Shown: in pieces, positions 1-14,204 of the stretch
Numbering within the stretch: the stretch's first letter is position 1
Layout of the letters: each line of letters begins with the position of its first letter
Source of the DNA: Chrysomallon squamiferum
Lineage: Eukaryota > Animalia > Mollusca
Length of the DNA stretch: 64,000 nt
Reading direction: 5' to 3'
Assembly (NCBI GenBank): GCA_012295275.1
Contig: CM022665.1
Span: 13,454,001-13,518,000, forward strand
The notes under the pieces: model-generated
What the model was told of the DNA's origin: nothing
The model's database searches: none
Seen by the model: only the letters and a program-made list of their open reading frames with translations
Program-made: the position numbers and the translations under genes

Positions 1-347
1 TCATTTTTTCTTTTTCTTTTTCTTGGATTCTGTTTATTTTCAAAATTAAACGTTAATTGTTAATCAAGTTATTGACTCAAAGACAGTGAATATAGTGAAT
101 TGTAACGCTAATCCAACAAAATACAAGGAAAATTCTGACCATAAGTAATAGAATCTTGTATTTAGATTTAAAGTGTACAAATTCATTGGACATTTTTAAA
201 TCAAATTAACTACCTTAGCAACAATCAAAACAACAGTCTGCAAACCTTTGGTTTAGTGACTAATTAAACTGGTACATAAAAATAGTGAGGTTGACTAAAT
301 AAATTTGCTTTTAAAAATAATTATTTTACTGTATTCATTCATTATTG

Positions 348-379
<32 letters not shown>

Positions 380-768
380 TGAGTTTGGACTCAGCTTGAT
401 TTCCTTGAATACAGAAATAAAAGAGGAAAGTTTGGATATATATTTCTAAAATGTAACAAATAGGCTATAGCTAGCTTTTGACAGCCATAGTAATAATAAC
501 TGTGTGACATTGTATCACTAAATTAATTATAAGAATGAACATTCATTTTAAAACTGTAGTTTAAGTCTGATTTTAAAATGCCATTTACTTTCCTGCTTCA
601 CTGTCAAATTAATATTCTAATGTATACCATATTACAGTATAAAGTTGTCTGTTTACTGTAAGTTCTGTTACATAGTACATATTTCATTAATTGTGATAAA
701 TATTTTTCATATAAATTAACAAGTGTTGTTTTTGTAGTATATTAAATTACTTTTGATTTGTTTTAAAG

Positions 769-1026
769 GCTGCAGATTCCAAGAGAGAAGAGTTCAGAAA
801 ATATCTAGAAAAAGCTGGTGTGCTTGATGCATTGACAAAAGGTATCCATTTGAAGGCGATAAGAATATAAATTACTACACTACAAAAATATTTAAATAAT
901 CATATAATGCTAATAATAATTGTAAATTGTTTTACATATATATAATTTGGTGACTAAATTAATGATCTGATAGTGTCCTGACAGTGACAATCACTGGAAT
1001 AACTGCAATGTTGTATATGAAACTTT

Positions 1027-1120
<94 letters not shown>

Positions 1121-2306
1121 TTTTGATTTGCCTAAATGCATATTACATTACAGAATTAGTTTTTCTTCTGCTTCTTTGTTTCCTAGATAAAACAAACAGT
1201 ATTTACATAAACAGAAATAAATCATTAAATAAATAATTATCATTAATAAAAAGAAGAAATATCAGGAAAAACAATTTTAGAAATATTAATGAGTTTATGG
1301 CTAATGAGTTTACAAGATGTTACACAAAATGAGAAAATATAATTTGATCTTTTTTTTATGTTTGTTTCAGTATTGGTAGGACTGTATGAAGAACCAGAAA
1401 AGCCAAATAATGCATTGGAGTATCCTTTGTTACCATCTGTTGCAATATGTGATATTTTAATACTTATCAGTGCATCAGTGTTCTTTTTCCATTAGTTGGT
1501 TGAATCTGTTTACTGCTAATTATAACAAAAGTATTAAATGATTATAAATAGTTTCTCTAATATCATTTCAAAAATTCATTGTGTATATTTCATTAACTGA
1601 TAAAGTTTTTTAAAGCAACATTTGGGAGCTTCAGGTCCTGACACTGCTGATGTTGAGGCTCTTAAGCTGGAAGTTACAGAACTTCGACAGAAAGTGGAAC
1701 AACTTACAGAGGAAAATAATGATCTGAAAATGAAGGTACACATTTCCTGCTTGTTGTGTGTGTGTGTGTGTGTTTTATTACAAAGTAAAGATATTTTAAA
1801 TTATACCTTTAATACAAATACATCATACATTAAAATACATGTTAATCCATTTTGCCTACATCAACGTTACTGTTTTATTTGTAACTGATGAACAATCTTC
1901 AGTAATGTGTGGCAATTAGAAAATAAATTCTTGATGCGTGTTTTGGGTGTGACAATAGACTGAATATGGTTTAATATTATAAGCCATGATAAGTTTTACA
2001 TCGAACTTTTTTCTCTTTAATATTATTGTTATTGTAGAAATCAGTGAATAAAATTGGGATAATTTTGAGCATTTTTTAAAAGTTTATATATGACCACAAC
2101 ACCTAAACTGAAAAAAAACAATAATAGTAAAAAAAAAAAATTAAAAAAAATCTGATTTGTATTGTTTTATTTTGAATATCAAAATGCCAATTAAAAAAGA
2201 AAAATATTAATATTAATTATCCCCACAAGAAATCTGAAAATTTGTATTTAAAAATAACTGGGAGAAACAAAATCAAGATTGGTCTTGCTTTGTATGTTGT
2301 ATGTTT

Positions 2307-2353
<47 letters not shown>

Positions 2354-2522
2354 GCTTTTACTCTTCAATAGTAATTTTATGTTGAAACCTAAGACAATAT
2401 TTATTAGTTTACTATTAATACTGTTACTGTTACAATTCTGTTTCTTCTTCTTCCAATTATAATTATTATTTCAGCTGCAGCAGTTTGAGCCTCCTTCGGA
2501 ACAAGAAGTTCCTGAGAACTAA
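769..2522 (+). CDS. MYCBP: c-Myc-binding protein (MYCBP/AMY-1), coding exons 769-841, 1371-1419, 1606-1735, 2475-2522; first exon lies upstream of the window
   Basis: Spliced translation AADSKREEFRKYLEKAGVLDALTK/VLVGLYEEPEKPNNALD/FLKQHLGASGPDTADVEALKLEVTELRQKVEQLTEENNDLKMK/LQQFEPPSEQEVPEN* closely matches the MYCBP family (human AADSKREQFRRYLEKSGVLDTLTKVLVALYEEPEKPNSALDFLKHHLG, from memory). AG/GT boundaries and phases are all consistent. Confidence 0.96.
1420..1605 (+). other. U12-type (minor spliceosome) GT-AG intron of MYCBP
   Basis: 5' site GTATCCTTT; branch-like TTTCATTAAC at 1588-1597 just before the AAG acceptor (1603-1605); no polypyrimidine tract. Confidence 0.85.
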
Positions 2523-4292
2523 ATGACAGCTGTCATAGCACATACCATCAATATATTATTGACTTTGCACATTCCATAGATGTTTTCTAATCATTTAAGT
2601 TAATAAAATCACTAGGTTTGTGATAATGGTAAAACTGTATGTTGTGTGGATTGTTATCAGTGTTGAATTTGGGAGAGGAGTGGGTGTAAATATTTAATGT
2701 TTAAATTATATTGGTCTTAAACAAGCTTTCTTTTACATCATTATTAATTTTTCAGGAAAAATACAAAACGAACAGACTGTCTAATTTGAGAATTAAAAAA
2801 AATAACTGAAAAAATCCTTAAACATTTATAATTAATTATTTTCAGTTTGTTTTCTGACCTAAAAGAATTGAAAAAGAAAAAAGTTATTATGAAATTTTAG
2901 TGTGAAGGTTATAACTACAAAAATTCTGTACACACATTACAAAAATCTTTTCTGTTTTCTTATCTGTAATGTAAAAACCTTAACTTATTTTTGATTTGTT
3001 ACTGAAGAGTCATGTACATATTTGTTGCTGTAAAGATTTATAGATTTATTTAACATCTTAAATAACAGGCTGGTACCACATCTTTCAATAAATGTCTGTT
3101 AGTTTTGATAAGTCAGTTATTATACACTGATTTTTATTATGAAGCAAGAGTCTTCTGCTTTTTGTATTCATAACATGACATCTTTGTCGATTTATTCCTT
3201 TCATTTCTTCAGTTACCAAATGCATTTTAAAAATGCATTATTATACTCATTTACTGAGATCTGCCCCACACAACTGTTTTGATAAATAAATAAAAACAGG
3301 TCCATTGATTTAGAAATAAAACTTTTGTATTTTTCTGTTCTGTATCTTTGTTTACATAATTAAAAATGTTTATCATCTACTGGTTGTTTTGTCTTATCTT
3401 TTTTAAGTTTGATAAAATTCTTTCTGCAGCATGGGAATTGTGTAAAAGATGAAATTATACACAAATTTAATTTCCACAATCGGAAATGTCTTTGCTATGT
3501 TTTACTAATATTTAACTACTAGATCAGTTTTATTAAAACATACAGCAGATTTAGTCTCAAATTTTTCTAAATTTCTATCACTGATTGTGATTCACTACAC
3601 ATGTTGAAGAAATCGTGGATAAATGTAAACAAGTTAAGGAATTATGAAGTAGCTGCTATCCATTAGCAACTGCAACTCGTATGCATCTTATCAGACAGAA
3701 AAACAAATACACTGATAAAACACTTATTCAGAGTAAAACATGAAATAACAATTGTTATCTGATGATGTTTATAAGAATTCTAAATCTTTTATTTTTATTT
3801 TGAATTCATAGTTTGTTTTAATGATATTTTTTTTTTTATACAGACTATTTAACAGTTAAAAGTAACATTTCACTATCCTACTTCCATGTTGCTAGACTAA
3901 ACAATATTCCTGCCCAAAGCCAGATCTATTATGAAACATAAAGCTTTAGCTTCAGGGCCCCAGAAGTGACTATAGTCCACAGTACTTACAAACTGGTATC
4001 AGAATCCAAGATGATGTGGCTAAATTTTAAAAATCTGTGACGGAACAATCTCACTGAAGAAGATAACAATAGTTACCAAGACTTTATTGCTGGTTGCTAA
4101 GGACCACTATTCATGCCTTATATATTTAAACAATAAAAAGTTATTTATTAATTTCCTGTTAATATTCAGACTAATATTAAGTGTTCTTGTAATACAGAGA
4201 ATCATGACTAAGTCTGGTTTTATTTCTTTTTACAGTTTATATATAGTTCAATTATTTCTGATGAACAGCAAATTTTTTCTATCCAGAAACAA

Positions 4293-4315
4293 ATGGAAGT
4301 TAAATTGCCAAGATG
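4293..4315 (+). CDS. Weak candidate alternative first coding exon (MEVKLPR/W), phase 2
   Basis: ATG GAA GTT AAA TTG CCA AGA TG|GTAATT. RFX-like half sites GTTACCAAG and GTTGCTAAG lie ~200 bp upstream. Short enough to be chance. Confidence 0.3.
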
Positions 4316-5075
4316 GTAATTTAAGAACAGAAAATAATACTAAAAATAAAATTGTGCTTTTTAACCAAATTTCTGTTTAACAACAGATTTGGCACAAGGA
4401 ATTAATATTCATGGCAATTTTTTGTGATGGCCATGAATTTTTTACACCAGAAAATGTTTTATGAAAACTTGGGTGTACTTTCTTCCATATGTTTTGTTAA
4501 TATAAACCATTAGTGATATTTATTTCACCAAAAAACAAAAAACAAAACATTAATTAATTGCAGGCCCTAGTTGCATTTTTTGAATAATTCACATATTAAT
4601 GAGTGTGTGTGAATGAGGCAATTTACAAGGATGAAATATTTGCATAAGTTGAACTTAAAAACTTAGCTCTATTTTATCTTCTGTGTGAAATCCCAACAAT
4701 TGTTTTGTTACAACTCTTGGGTGATCTGCAGTGACAGGCAAAACAAAATGTACAGTTAATATTATAATTAGTAATGGTACCTTGATGGATAGGACTTTGC
4801 AGTTATCAACTGTAGCTCACAAAATACAAGAAATACTGACACAATACATCTGATTAAATCTAATGTAAAAAACAAAGAAAACTACCAAAATCCAATACAT
4901 AACCCTATCTATATATTAAACATAATTATAACTTAGGCAAGTTCTGACTTGATGGTGGACTAATAGCTATAATTTTTATTCTCTTTTTTCTGACGACATT
5001 AAAGAGTAAAAGTTGAATAAACTGGCCACCTCGCCCCAACTATAGAAAAATGGCAGCATCAACATATGTTAAACA

Positions 5076-5921
5076 GGGGTGTAGGATATAATGGCTATGG
5101 AAAAAATGACACAGGAAAATATGGCACTGCAAATTTGGAACAAAATGGCATATTATTTTTTTTTTCTGTATAGCTGCTTAAAAAAAAGCACTTAAAGTAC
5201 TTTTGAAAACACAATTTATTCATGCAATATTGCTACATACATGTATATTAATATATAGCATCACTCATCCACTTGGTTTTGCTTAACAAAGTATAGCATT
5301 ATATCAGATTATTACAATTATCACATTATTATCACATTTAAAAATACAATATACATAGCATCACTCAACACTTCTTCAGAGGTTCAATTATGAATTGTTT
5401 TCGTAAGCAGGACTTAATTATGTTATCATGATCAAACAAGGGAATTTGTGTGTGTGTACACATACATAAACATAAGCATATACACATACACACATACATA
5501 CATACACATTCATACATATATGTATGCTTACATGCGCACATAGATGCATGAGTATATTCATACAGATGTACATATTGTTAAAATACATATAGTTAAAATA
5601 TCCTTCAGAATGATATCATTCTGTCAAATCAAACACAGCATAAGATATATATATATGTATGTATGTATGTATTTGGGGTCAACAACTGCTAAATATGACA
5701 TTAGCTGCAGATTATATTATTTCTGACATTAAATCATTATCTCAAATATTATTCATGCACTGGTTTTTTATATGTTTCTTATGTCAATTATGAATTGTTT
5801 TTGTAAGCAGGACTTCACCTACTACCAATAACTAAATGTCAATAAACAATAACATTTTTTTTCCAGCATAGTGCCATTTTTTCCAGGTGCATTTTTTTGA
5901 GGTGCCTTTTTTTCCATACCC
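5076..5921. mobile_element. Non-autonomous DNA transposon, Mutator/MULE-like
   Basis: Identical 9-bp flanks TGTTAAACA (5067-5075 and 5922-5930); GGG...CCC termini; imperfect inverted subterminal repeats (GGAAAA(T)ATGGCAC versus GTGCCATTTTTTCC); no ORF. Confidence 0.8.
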
Positions 5922-6829
5922 TGTTAAACAGTACTTCTTTGTTGTTACATTTCATTATTAATTACAAGTGAAGGTGAAAAAAGTAAAACATAAAATGGAA
6001 GTGTGCGTAATTTATTTAGACTAGCAATTTCTTCATATCAGCATAGGTACACTTTGATAAAAATTACAACAAACAAAATAAGATATATAATTAATGCTTC
6101 TGTCAGCATAATTATGTTCATTGGACAAAACTAAACAAAATACAGAGAAGCAAATCAAGCATTTCAGAAAATATTATTTTTAAGATGAATTAGTTTTTCA
6201 TTATCAGTCAAACACAACTGGGTTGAGTGATTTCGCAAATGTGCTCAGTCAGTATAACATCGGTCACAAAACAAAGAAGAAGAAATATCTGAAACTTTAT
6301 GTGAGAAGAAAATCTGAAGGAATATAATCATTTTCTAACTAATTCTTTTGATACTAGCCAAGGCAAAGTCTAAAAATATGTCAGTCAGTCTTGAAATTTG
6401 AGAGGGGAAAGAAAACTGTAACACAGATGAATAGGGGTGCCATAACATCAGTCACATTTGTCAAAGTCAAGAAAAGATTGTACCACTGTCTTAGTCATTC
6501 ACCATCTTTAGCACAAAATGTGATTTCACTAATTACGACTAGATGACAGTTGCAGAATGATGATATTTTACACAGTTCTTCAGTATTTTCTTAGATGTTT
6601 TCAAGAAAAATCAGTTTTTATTCATGAAGCAACATCCTCAAAAATAAAGATATGTATACAGTTTTTCCTGCAGTTCTGAATCAGTATTATTTCCAGATCC
6701 AAGAAAAATATTGTTCATTCAGTGGTTATCGTTTCTAGCGGAATAGAGAATTATATTTTATATTTTTTAAATAAAATGGTGTATTAAAAAAAAAAAAAAA
6801 AAAAAGTTATTAGCCTCATTTGTCTCACA

Positions 6830-7315
6830 GAAGTTACGGCCTTGAAGTGGACACTGCTACTGGCAATGTAGAAGAAGTGCCAGTCCATTGTAACGGCTGA
6901 CGAATTATTCACTACGATAATGAACTCTTTCCTGAAGAGGTAAAGCAGATTCAGGATGGGAATTACAAAATATACAGACCTGGTACCACCTGGAAATGAC
7001 TGTCAAACGAGAACAAAATATTCTATATGAAAAGGATCGCTGCCACCCACCATTATCAGTGAAAGGTATCCCTGGGGTGGAGACAAGCTTTCCTAATTTC
7101 GATTAACCATATATTTCGATACAAAGCTTCAGTGTGATAGAATATGATAGAAAATCGTATATTAAAACCATGATGGAAAAACATCTGTTCATTTTGAATG
7201 AATAAATACCACATGAAATCATCTACTATTTTACTTGTATGAAAGCTGTCAATGCCATAGTTACCAAAAAAATCAGGATAAGATTTCTGGCAGTAAGACT
7301 GTAAGGGAATCAAGG
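6830..7315 (+). pseudogene. Possible decayed coding fragment of unknown origin
   Basis: Non-repetitive ~480 bp with protein-like reading (SYGLEVDTATGNVEEVPVHCNG*RIIHYDNELFPEEVKQIQDGNYKIYRPGTTWK*...; VKGIPGVETSFPNFD*PYISIQ...IYYFTCMKAVNAIVTKKIRIRF) broken by scattered stops. Family not recognised. Confidence 0.25.
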
Positions 7316-7880
7316 TACTTGCAATTTCCCACTATTATATAACAAAAAATAACTATACTCAGTATGCCTATATACATAAATACAGTCATTTAACTGTCTT
7401 ATGCAGTGATTAGCAATAATTTAAATAATAATAATAATAAATAAATAAATAATAAAAAATAATAATAATAATGACAACAGAGAAACAACAACAAAAAAAT
7501 AAATAATAAAAAGCAACAGACTATATAACAGTGGGCAGTACGCTTTTCGGAGAACAAAAAAGAAGAAGAAAAAATATTATGTATTACATTGCTGCGTACT
7601 ATACTGTGTGACTTAGTTAAACAATTATGGGAAATTGCATGGATTCTCACGAACGCGTTGTTTTATTGTTATAATTTATTATTATTATTGTCAAAGGTCT
7701 TCATGAGTAATGCTATTTATTGTAGGTATGAAATTAAAATGTTGGTATCAGTTAAAATGATTTATAAAGCAAAGACATTTATAATTACATAAGTGAAGTA
7801 AGTACAAGAGAACTTAAAACAAACTTTCCGTTTTTCTAGCTTAATACAAGCTCCCGTGATAATACAGTTTCTAATTTTTT

Positions 7881-8018
7881 TTTTTTTTTATGTGATAAAA
7901 AAATTGTGATATTTATTTTATTTTATTTTATTTTATTTTTAATATATATGTGTGTATATATATTTAAAATAAAATAAAATAAAATAAATATCACATTTTT
8001 TTATCACATAAAAAAAAA
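7881..8018. repeat. AT-rich inverted repeat (hairpin)
   Basis: TTTTTATGTGATAAAAAAATTGTGATATTTATTTTATTTT... is mirrored by ...AAAATAAAATAAATATCACATTTTTTATCACATAAAAA around a short (TA/TG) loop. Confidence 0.85.
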
Positions 8019-8495
8019 TATATATATAGTTTAATTTATTTATTTCAAATATATATATATATAGTTTAATTTATTTTTTATTTATTTTATTCTGTTATAT
8101 TTTTATATTTTTATTTTTATTTATTTATTTATTTTACCTTTTTAATTTCTTTCTTTAATCGTTTTGCAGTAAATCTACTCCATGACATTTTCAATCGTTT
8201 TGAAAGCTTCTTAAATTTTTAATATCACTTGTTGCTCATCAATAATACTAACACGACCCGGGTTTCAAGTCTCATATTATTGTCATACAGTAACTGTGAC
8301 TCGACACACGGGATAACTAGTTCCCGACACTATACACTGTGACCTGGTGACACTAAACGACAAAAATCAAATAATCATTAATATTAATATGTCTTCATGC
8401 TGTTGCCGTTAAACCAACGTTTATAAATATTGTTGATGTGTTTATGACTGGACACGCTTGGTATTATGAAGTATTACAGTTTTGTCTTAGCATCA

Positions 8496-8526
<31 letters not shown>

Positions 8527-9119
8527 AACAATAATCCACTAGAACACTGACAATAATATTCACCATGGCAATAATAATGTCTAATCATATGCACTTAATT
8601 GCCAGTGTATGTTCTTTGGACTGCTCCGTTCTATTGAATAGCCAACGTTTATTCGTTGTCAAGAGATTTGTCCTCTGCTTTGAGAGGACCATATTACAAT
8701 CAGTATAATCTGTCACAACAAGCATATATGGTAGAAAAAATTGAAGGTGACACTAAAATGGTGGTTTGGGGCATATGAATAACATATACCCGAAAGGTAT
8801 TCGAGTCATACATTATTAATTAATATAGTTATTATTCTTTCGGTTCTTTTCTTCTTCTTTCTTTTTTCATTTTTTCATTTTTTTTTTATGTTGTTTTTCT
8901 TTTTTAAAAGATCACCTTACTATATTTTTTAAAAGGATATGATCCAAATTCAATAAATTTTTAAATTTCATTTTATACTTTTTTTTTTTCATTTTTTTTT
9001 TTTTTAATTCGCTAGCAACACCTTTTTGTCATGGAGGTAAGTAAGAGAGAGACATATAAATTATATACAGCCTGTGAAAGCTTTATAAATTTCTTCCTGT
9101 GGAACGTGATTTATTTATT

Positions 9120-9153
<34 letters not shown>

Positions 9154-9670
9154 CTTTAGTGAATTTCTAAGCTTATTGTTATGTAGGCGTTTCCTTTACA
9201 AAGGGGAGGATTCCTAGTTACCAAGCGAAAGGGTTTTGACAATAGAGACAGTATTCTGCTGTCCATTCGGTGTCCGTGTTTTTGTATATTTCTTTTCGTT
9301 CGTATCTATCGCACAAAAGAAACAGTCAATGGATAAAATAAATAGCTCCTTTTTTTAATGGTAAATAAAAACATGTTTGGCTTTTTTTTATTGGCTTTAA
9401 ACTTACAACTGTTAGTAATCCACAACTGTTCAGACGGTATATAGGATTATCCGTACTGCGTGGTTTTCGCGACTCGTCTCTCTTCGTTTGTTTTTCAGCC
9501 AAATCAAATCAATTTTACAGGAACAAATTTTACATTTTAAAGAAAATGATTGTAAATTAAGTTTTGATTATTGAATTATTTCAGACACAGTGTTAACAGT
9601 AGAGGATATTCATTGTTAAATGATTTACTGAAATGTTTATGGATATTGAATTGGTTCGCTAGGATAGAAG

Positions 9671-9801
9671 ATGAGCGACGAAAAGGGTAAAACAGCGTCC
9701 CCGAAAGGACGTCACAGAAAACTCGATCAGTCAAGCAGACGACAGAGTGTTGTTAAAGGTCTTGGAGAAGCCAGTTTAATTAGAAGAAGATCATCAGTTT
9801 C
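9671..9801 (+). CDS. Candidate variable first exon V1 (inferred to splice to ADGB exon 2): MSDEKGKTASPKGRHRKLDQSSRRQSVVKGLGEASLIRRRSSV(S)
   Basis: In-frame TAG just upstream of ATG; 43 open codons + 2 nt; donor TC|GTAAGT (phase 2); followed by intron-like microsatellites; RRQS and RRRSS motifs. Confidence 0.7.
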
Positions 9802-9835
9802 GTAAGTAATACTTTATTATTATTATTATTATTAT

Positions 9836-9870
<35 letters not shown>

Positions 9871-12143
9871 TTATCATCATCATCATTTAATTGTTGTTAT
9901 CATTACCAAAATTGTTACAGTCATCATTATCATCATCATAATCACATTCTTTTTCTATTAAAATATAAAAAAATGGATGATAATAAAACAAAAAAGAATT
10001 TAGTTAAAGAAATCTTTTAATCTGAAATAACTGAAAAATAATCTCTCAGTCTATGATTTCTAAATCTGAAACATTTTTGCGTAATCATATAATTATATAA
10101 CCTGCAAACTAAACCTATCTTTATAGCTTTTCTATGTTAATATAAAAGTAAAGAAGTAATCATAAAATGAATATCAGTTTCAATATTCAGGTATTATCAA
10201 TATGAGATCACCTCTGTCGTTTGTTCTCGGTTTCTCATTCTGGTAACCAAACCTTTTGATTGTATAATTTTATTTTATTTTTTTTTTATTATTTTTTTTT
10301 ATTTACTGCTAACCAGAGAAACTGATAAATAGCTTCTCTCTAACAAAAAATTCGAACTGATGACAGTTGTTTTGTTACATTCATGTATGCATGTACGTGT
10401 GTATGTACACGTGTTAACCCTCCATCTGTATGTGTTTTGTGAGTTACCTTCTTTTATTTTTATTTTTCTATTAGCTTGCTTGTTTAATAATGAACAGCAC
10501 GTTCAGACCAAAGCGACCGAGTAGCTGTGTATAAATTAAACCAAACTTTCTTTATCGCAGTTTGTCTCACTTTCACAGAAACAAAGACGCATACTTTGTT
10601 CGAGATAAAGCAGACTGTACAAGTGAATGACTCAAAGATTTGTACGAAAAATTCTAAGGTGTAAAAAATAGTGTTATTTATGTATAATTATATGATAAAT
10701 ATAAACCGATCCAGCTATTCCATGAATTATAAATTATAAACAAAGGATATTTAATACAGAAAGTACAAACCCTATGGCCTTTTGATAATGGGAACTTGTC
10801 CAACAGGTTCGCCAAGAAGAGTTACTGTAAGCTGAATAAATTACTCTGTGTTTCTCGTTTGCATTTTTAATGGATTCAGGGTATTTTCTCAAAGGCGTAT
10901 AGCTGTATTTTTTGTATTTTTTATTTATTTATTTATTTATTTATTTTTTTTTATATAATTATTATTATTATATTTTTTTAGCGCTTAGATCGCGAAAAAT
11001 GTTTTTTTAATTATATTTTCATTATTTTTTTATTATTATTTTTTATTTTATTATTATTTTGTTGTTGTTACTGTTTATTTTATTTTTTAAATTAAATAAT
11101 TTACTTATTATTATTATTATTACTATTATTATTATGATTATTTTAACATTATCTATTTACTATGTTACCAAATTGTATATTGTAATCCATTATATGATGT
11201 ATATGTTGTTTTCTGTGTTTTGTTTTGTGTGTGTGTGTATTACGTATATGTTTCTCTCTCTCTCTCTCTCTGCGAGTATATGTGTTTGTGTTTCTGTGTT
11301 TCTTTTTCATTGTGAGTCTCTGGGTGTGTACGTCTGTGTGTGTGTGTGTATGCATGTTTCAGTTGACGACTAAGTATAATGCTGTGCTCTAGGTACTTTT
11401 CTTACAGGAAAATCACAATGAAATTGACATACCTTTTACTTAAATCTGAAATAAAGAAAGTTCCTTTGAATATCTCTACCTGACGAAAACCGAGAACACG
11501 TGGTATTTCACTTAACTGCACATATCAGACGTTACAGTTTTAACCAGTGGTCACTGAATATATTCCTACTGGACAGGCGGGTGTTAATTTTGGCGACAAA
11601 AGCCAAATTGTGTTCTTGAAATACCAGTCGCTGTGTAAAATTATTTCCCACTGGAACATGATAATGAGGCTTACGTTGACTGACGAAAGTCTGAAAATAA
11701 CATCACCTTTATTCCTGTGGCTGTTCTGAAAGCTGTTTATGGTAAGCGCATCCGGGGTCAGGGGAAAGAAATGTTTTCATAAATTTTCTTTAAATGGCGG
11801 AAAAGTAAACGGCCAAGCAATTTTTCAGCGAAGTTGGAACTGGATTTATCGGACGGTTTCTGTGATAATGATGTGAGATGATTTTCTCTTGCAGCTAAGA
11901 AGGCTCCAATGCTGCATTAGTCAATGTCACTTATAACATCACAATTAAATGTATTTTTAACGTCAATATCGTTTGCCATTACGTATGAATCGGAATTATT
12001 TTCAGACTGTTCTGATTATAACAGTTGAATTCGCCATAATTCTGTAAAAGATAGATGTGCTTGTAAATATATGTGAGCGCACGTACCGGTTGATCTACTA
12101 TTTCTACATCAGTGTATGTTCTCTCCGAGCCATGATTTTGTTG

Positions 12144-12179
<36 letters not shown>

Positions 12180-12606
12180 GTACATATACAACACACACAC
12201 ACACACACGCACACACACATACACACACACATGTATGTACCAGTACGTAAATAAATAAATAAATAAATATGCATTTTACTTACTTAAGCTTGAAAACATG
12301 ACACCAAAGCCAATTAATTTCATATTAAACTTGGTTGAACTTTTTCTTTTTCAGTGTAAAATAAAAGTACATATTAATTTAAGCCCCAACCTGCTTTCAG
12401 AAAGTCCACTATCTTAATAGTTTGTATTCAGAAATGTCTAGTTCCATATGCCTTATGTTAAGCGGCGTTTGTAAAGAACAAATTACATTTTCGTGTTTAA
12501 CCGAGATACAGTAACAAATCAATGAAAAAATAAAAGCGAAATTGAAAGCCTTTGTTCATCTATTGTCTGTAAACGATGGATGAATTATTATATTTAAAAA
12601 CTTTTT

Positions 12607-12637
<31 letters not shown>

Positions 12638-12820
12638 TTTTACTTACTGTTCAAATGTTGAATTCGTGTTTTCATCGTTGCCTGTAGGTGAAATCATTTT
12701 ACATGGTTTTAGGAGTAATCGCAGTCTAGTTGATATTCTGTCAGTGACGTTAATAATAATTACTCTTACGTCACACTACATTTGATCACATTCTTACCAA
12801 CACTAAAGAAGTAGAAGACG

Positions 12821-12840
12821 ATGGTGGTCCCGAAGCGAAC
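12821..12840 (+). CDS. Weak candidate variable first exon (MVVPKR/T), phase 2
   Basis: ACGATGG start, AC|GTACGT donor, then poly-T intron-like sequence; CRE-like TTACGTCA at 12766-12773 and TGACGT ~20 bp further upstream. Confidence 0.4.
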
Positions 12841-13645
12841 GTACGTAAAATCTGTTTTCTTTTCCTTCTTTTTTTTTTTCTTAGGTTTTTTAAATTTTCA
12901 TTTAATTTTTTTTTTTTTAATTTATTTTTTTTTTTTTTTTTTTTTCACTCAGTTACGATTATTATTTTACAGCGAGTATTACTTTTGTTTATTGTTTTTA
13001 CTTTCACACGGTAAGTTAACATCATAAATGGGTTTTATAATATGGCTTTTAGGAACAAACGGACACACTAAACCTGAGATTCGAAAGATGTGGGAAACAG
13101 AAGCTAAACGCCGAATATTTTAATTGTCGTTTATGACTTATTTTTATACTGGTACACTATTCTGAAATTTCGCTCCCCTGTTTACACTTCTATTTCCATC
13201 ACTGTCAAAAATAATGTGTAAAATGTTATAATTTTTATTCAGAATTATAGAGGATTATTACTACGTTAAGACACTTGACTACTTAATTCGGTCTTAAAAA
13301 TACTGTATCATTTTTACATCTGCAATTGTTTTGTTTATAGAAGAACGAAACTCTTTAAATAATTAACAACTGTGTGTAAAATTGATGTATATATTTTGTT
13401 TAAATAAGATACTTTTGCTAGATTATATATCTAAAAACAAACTACATATAAAAAAAGTAACCTGATGTTGTTGCAAAACAACATGCCTCCCATAAAAATA
13501 AAGTGGTGAAAATTAATAACATTGCTATTAAAGTATTAAAAACAACAAAAACAGTATTTTAAAAGTTATTAATAAATTAATTGTCTTTTTATGAAAAATT
13601 AGACCAGATTTCTTAGATATTTTCTAAATTCTATATTTCATAAAC

Positions 13646-13681
<36 letters not shown>

Positions 13682-14204
13682 AAACAACAACAAAAAAAGT
13701 AATTAAAATCCCTCACAAATAAACAAACGTATGTGCATCTTCATCAAGCCATAACAAAAGACAGAGATTTTTAAAATTTATTTATTTATTTATTTATCAT
13801 TAGCTTCACCATCCAGATAAATCTGATTTCAAATACAACATTATTTACAAATACTGATGACACGAAAAAGCTCATCATGGGAATATTTTGAAATATGACT
13901 CGAGAACTATTGGATATTACTAGCAGAAAATTGCGAAAGTGACATTTAAACCAAATGATGAATACCGATAAAATAAAATAAATAGATAAACAATTTAATT
14001 TTACAGTTTAACAAAGATTGCATTATGTAATGACATCATTTCCTCACTGTTACAAATGGCGCGAACAACCATCTTATTATTTTTTGAAAAGCGAAACCGA
14101 TGGACAAAAATAATTATTATATTGTTATTCTGTTATGGAACAGTACTAGAAATAAAATAAAATATTTTTTTTTAATACTAATTCTAGTAGCTAATGCTTT
14201 CTCC

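Noticed and set aside
9031-9042. ATGGAG|GTAAGT perfect donor upstream of V1
   Set aside because: Phase 0 with only two codons; more likely the end of a 5'-UTR exon or chance. Not called as coding.
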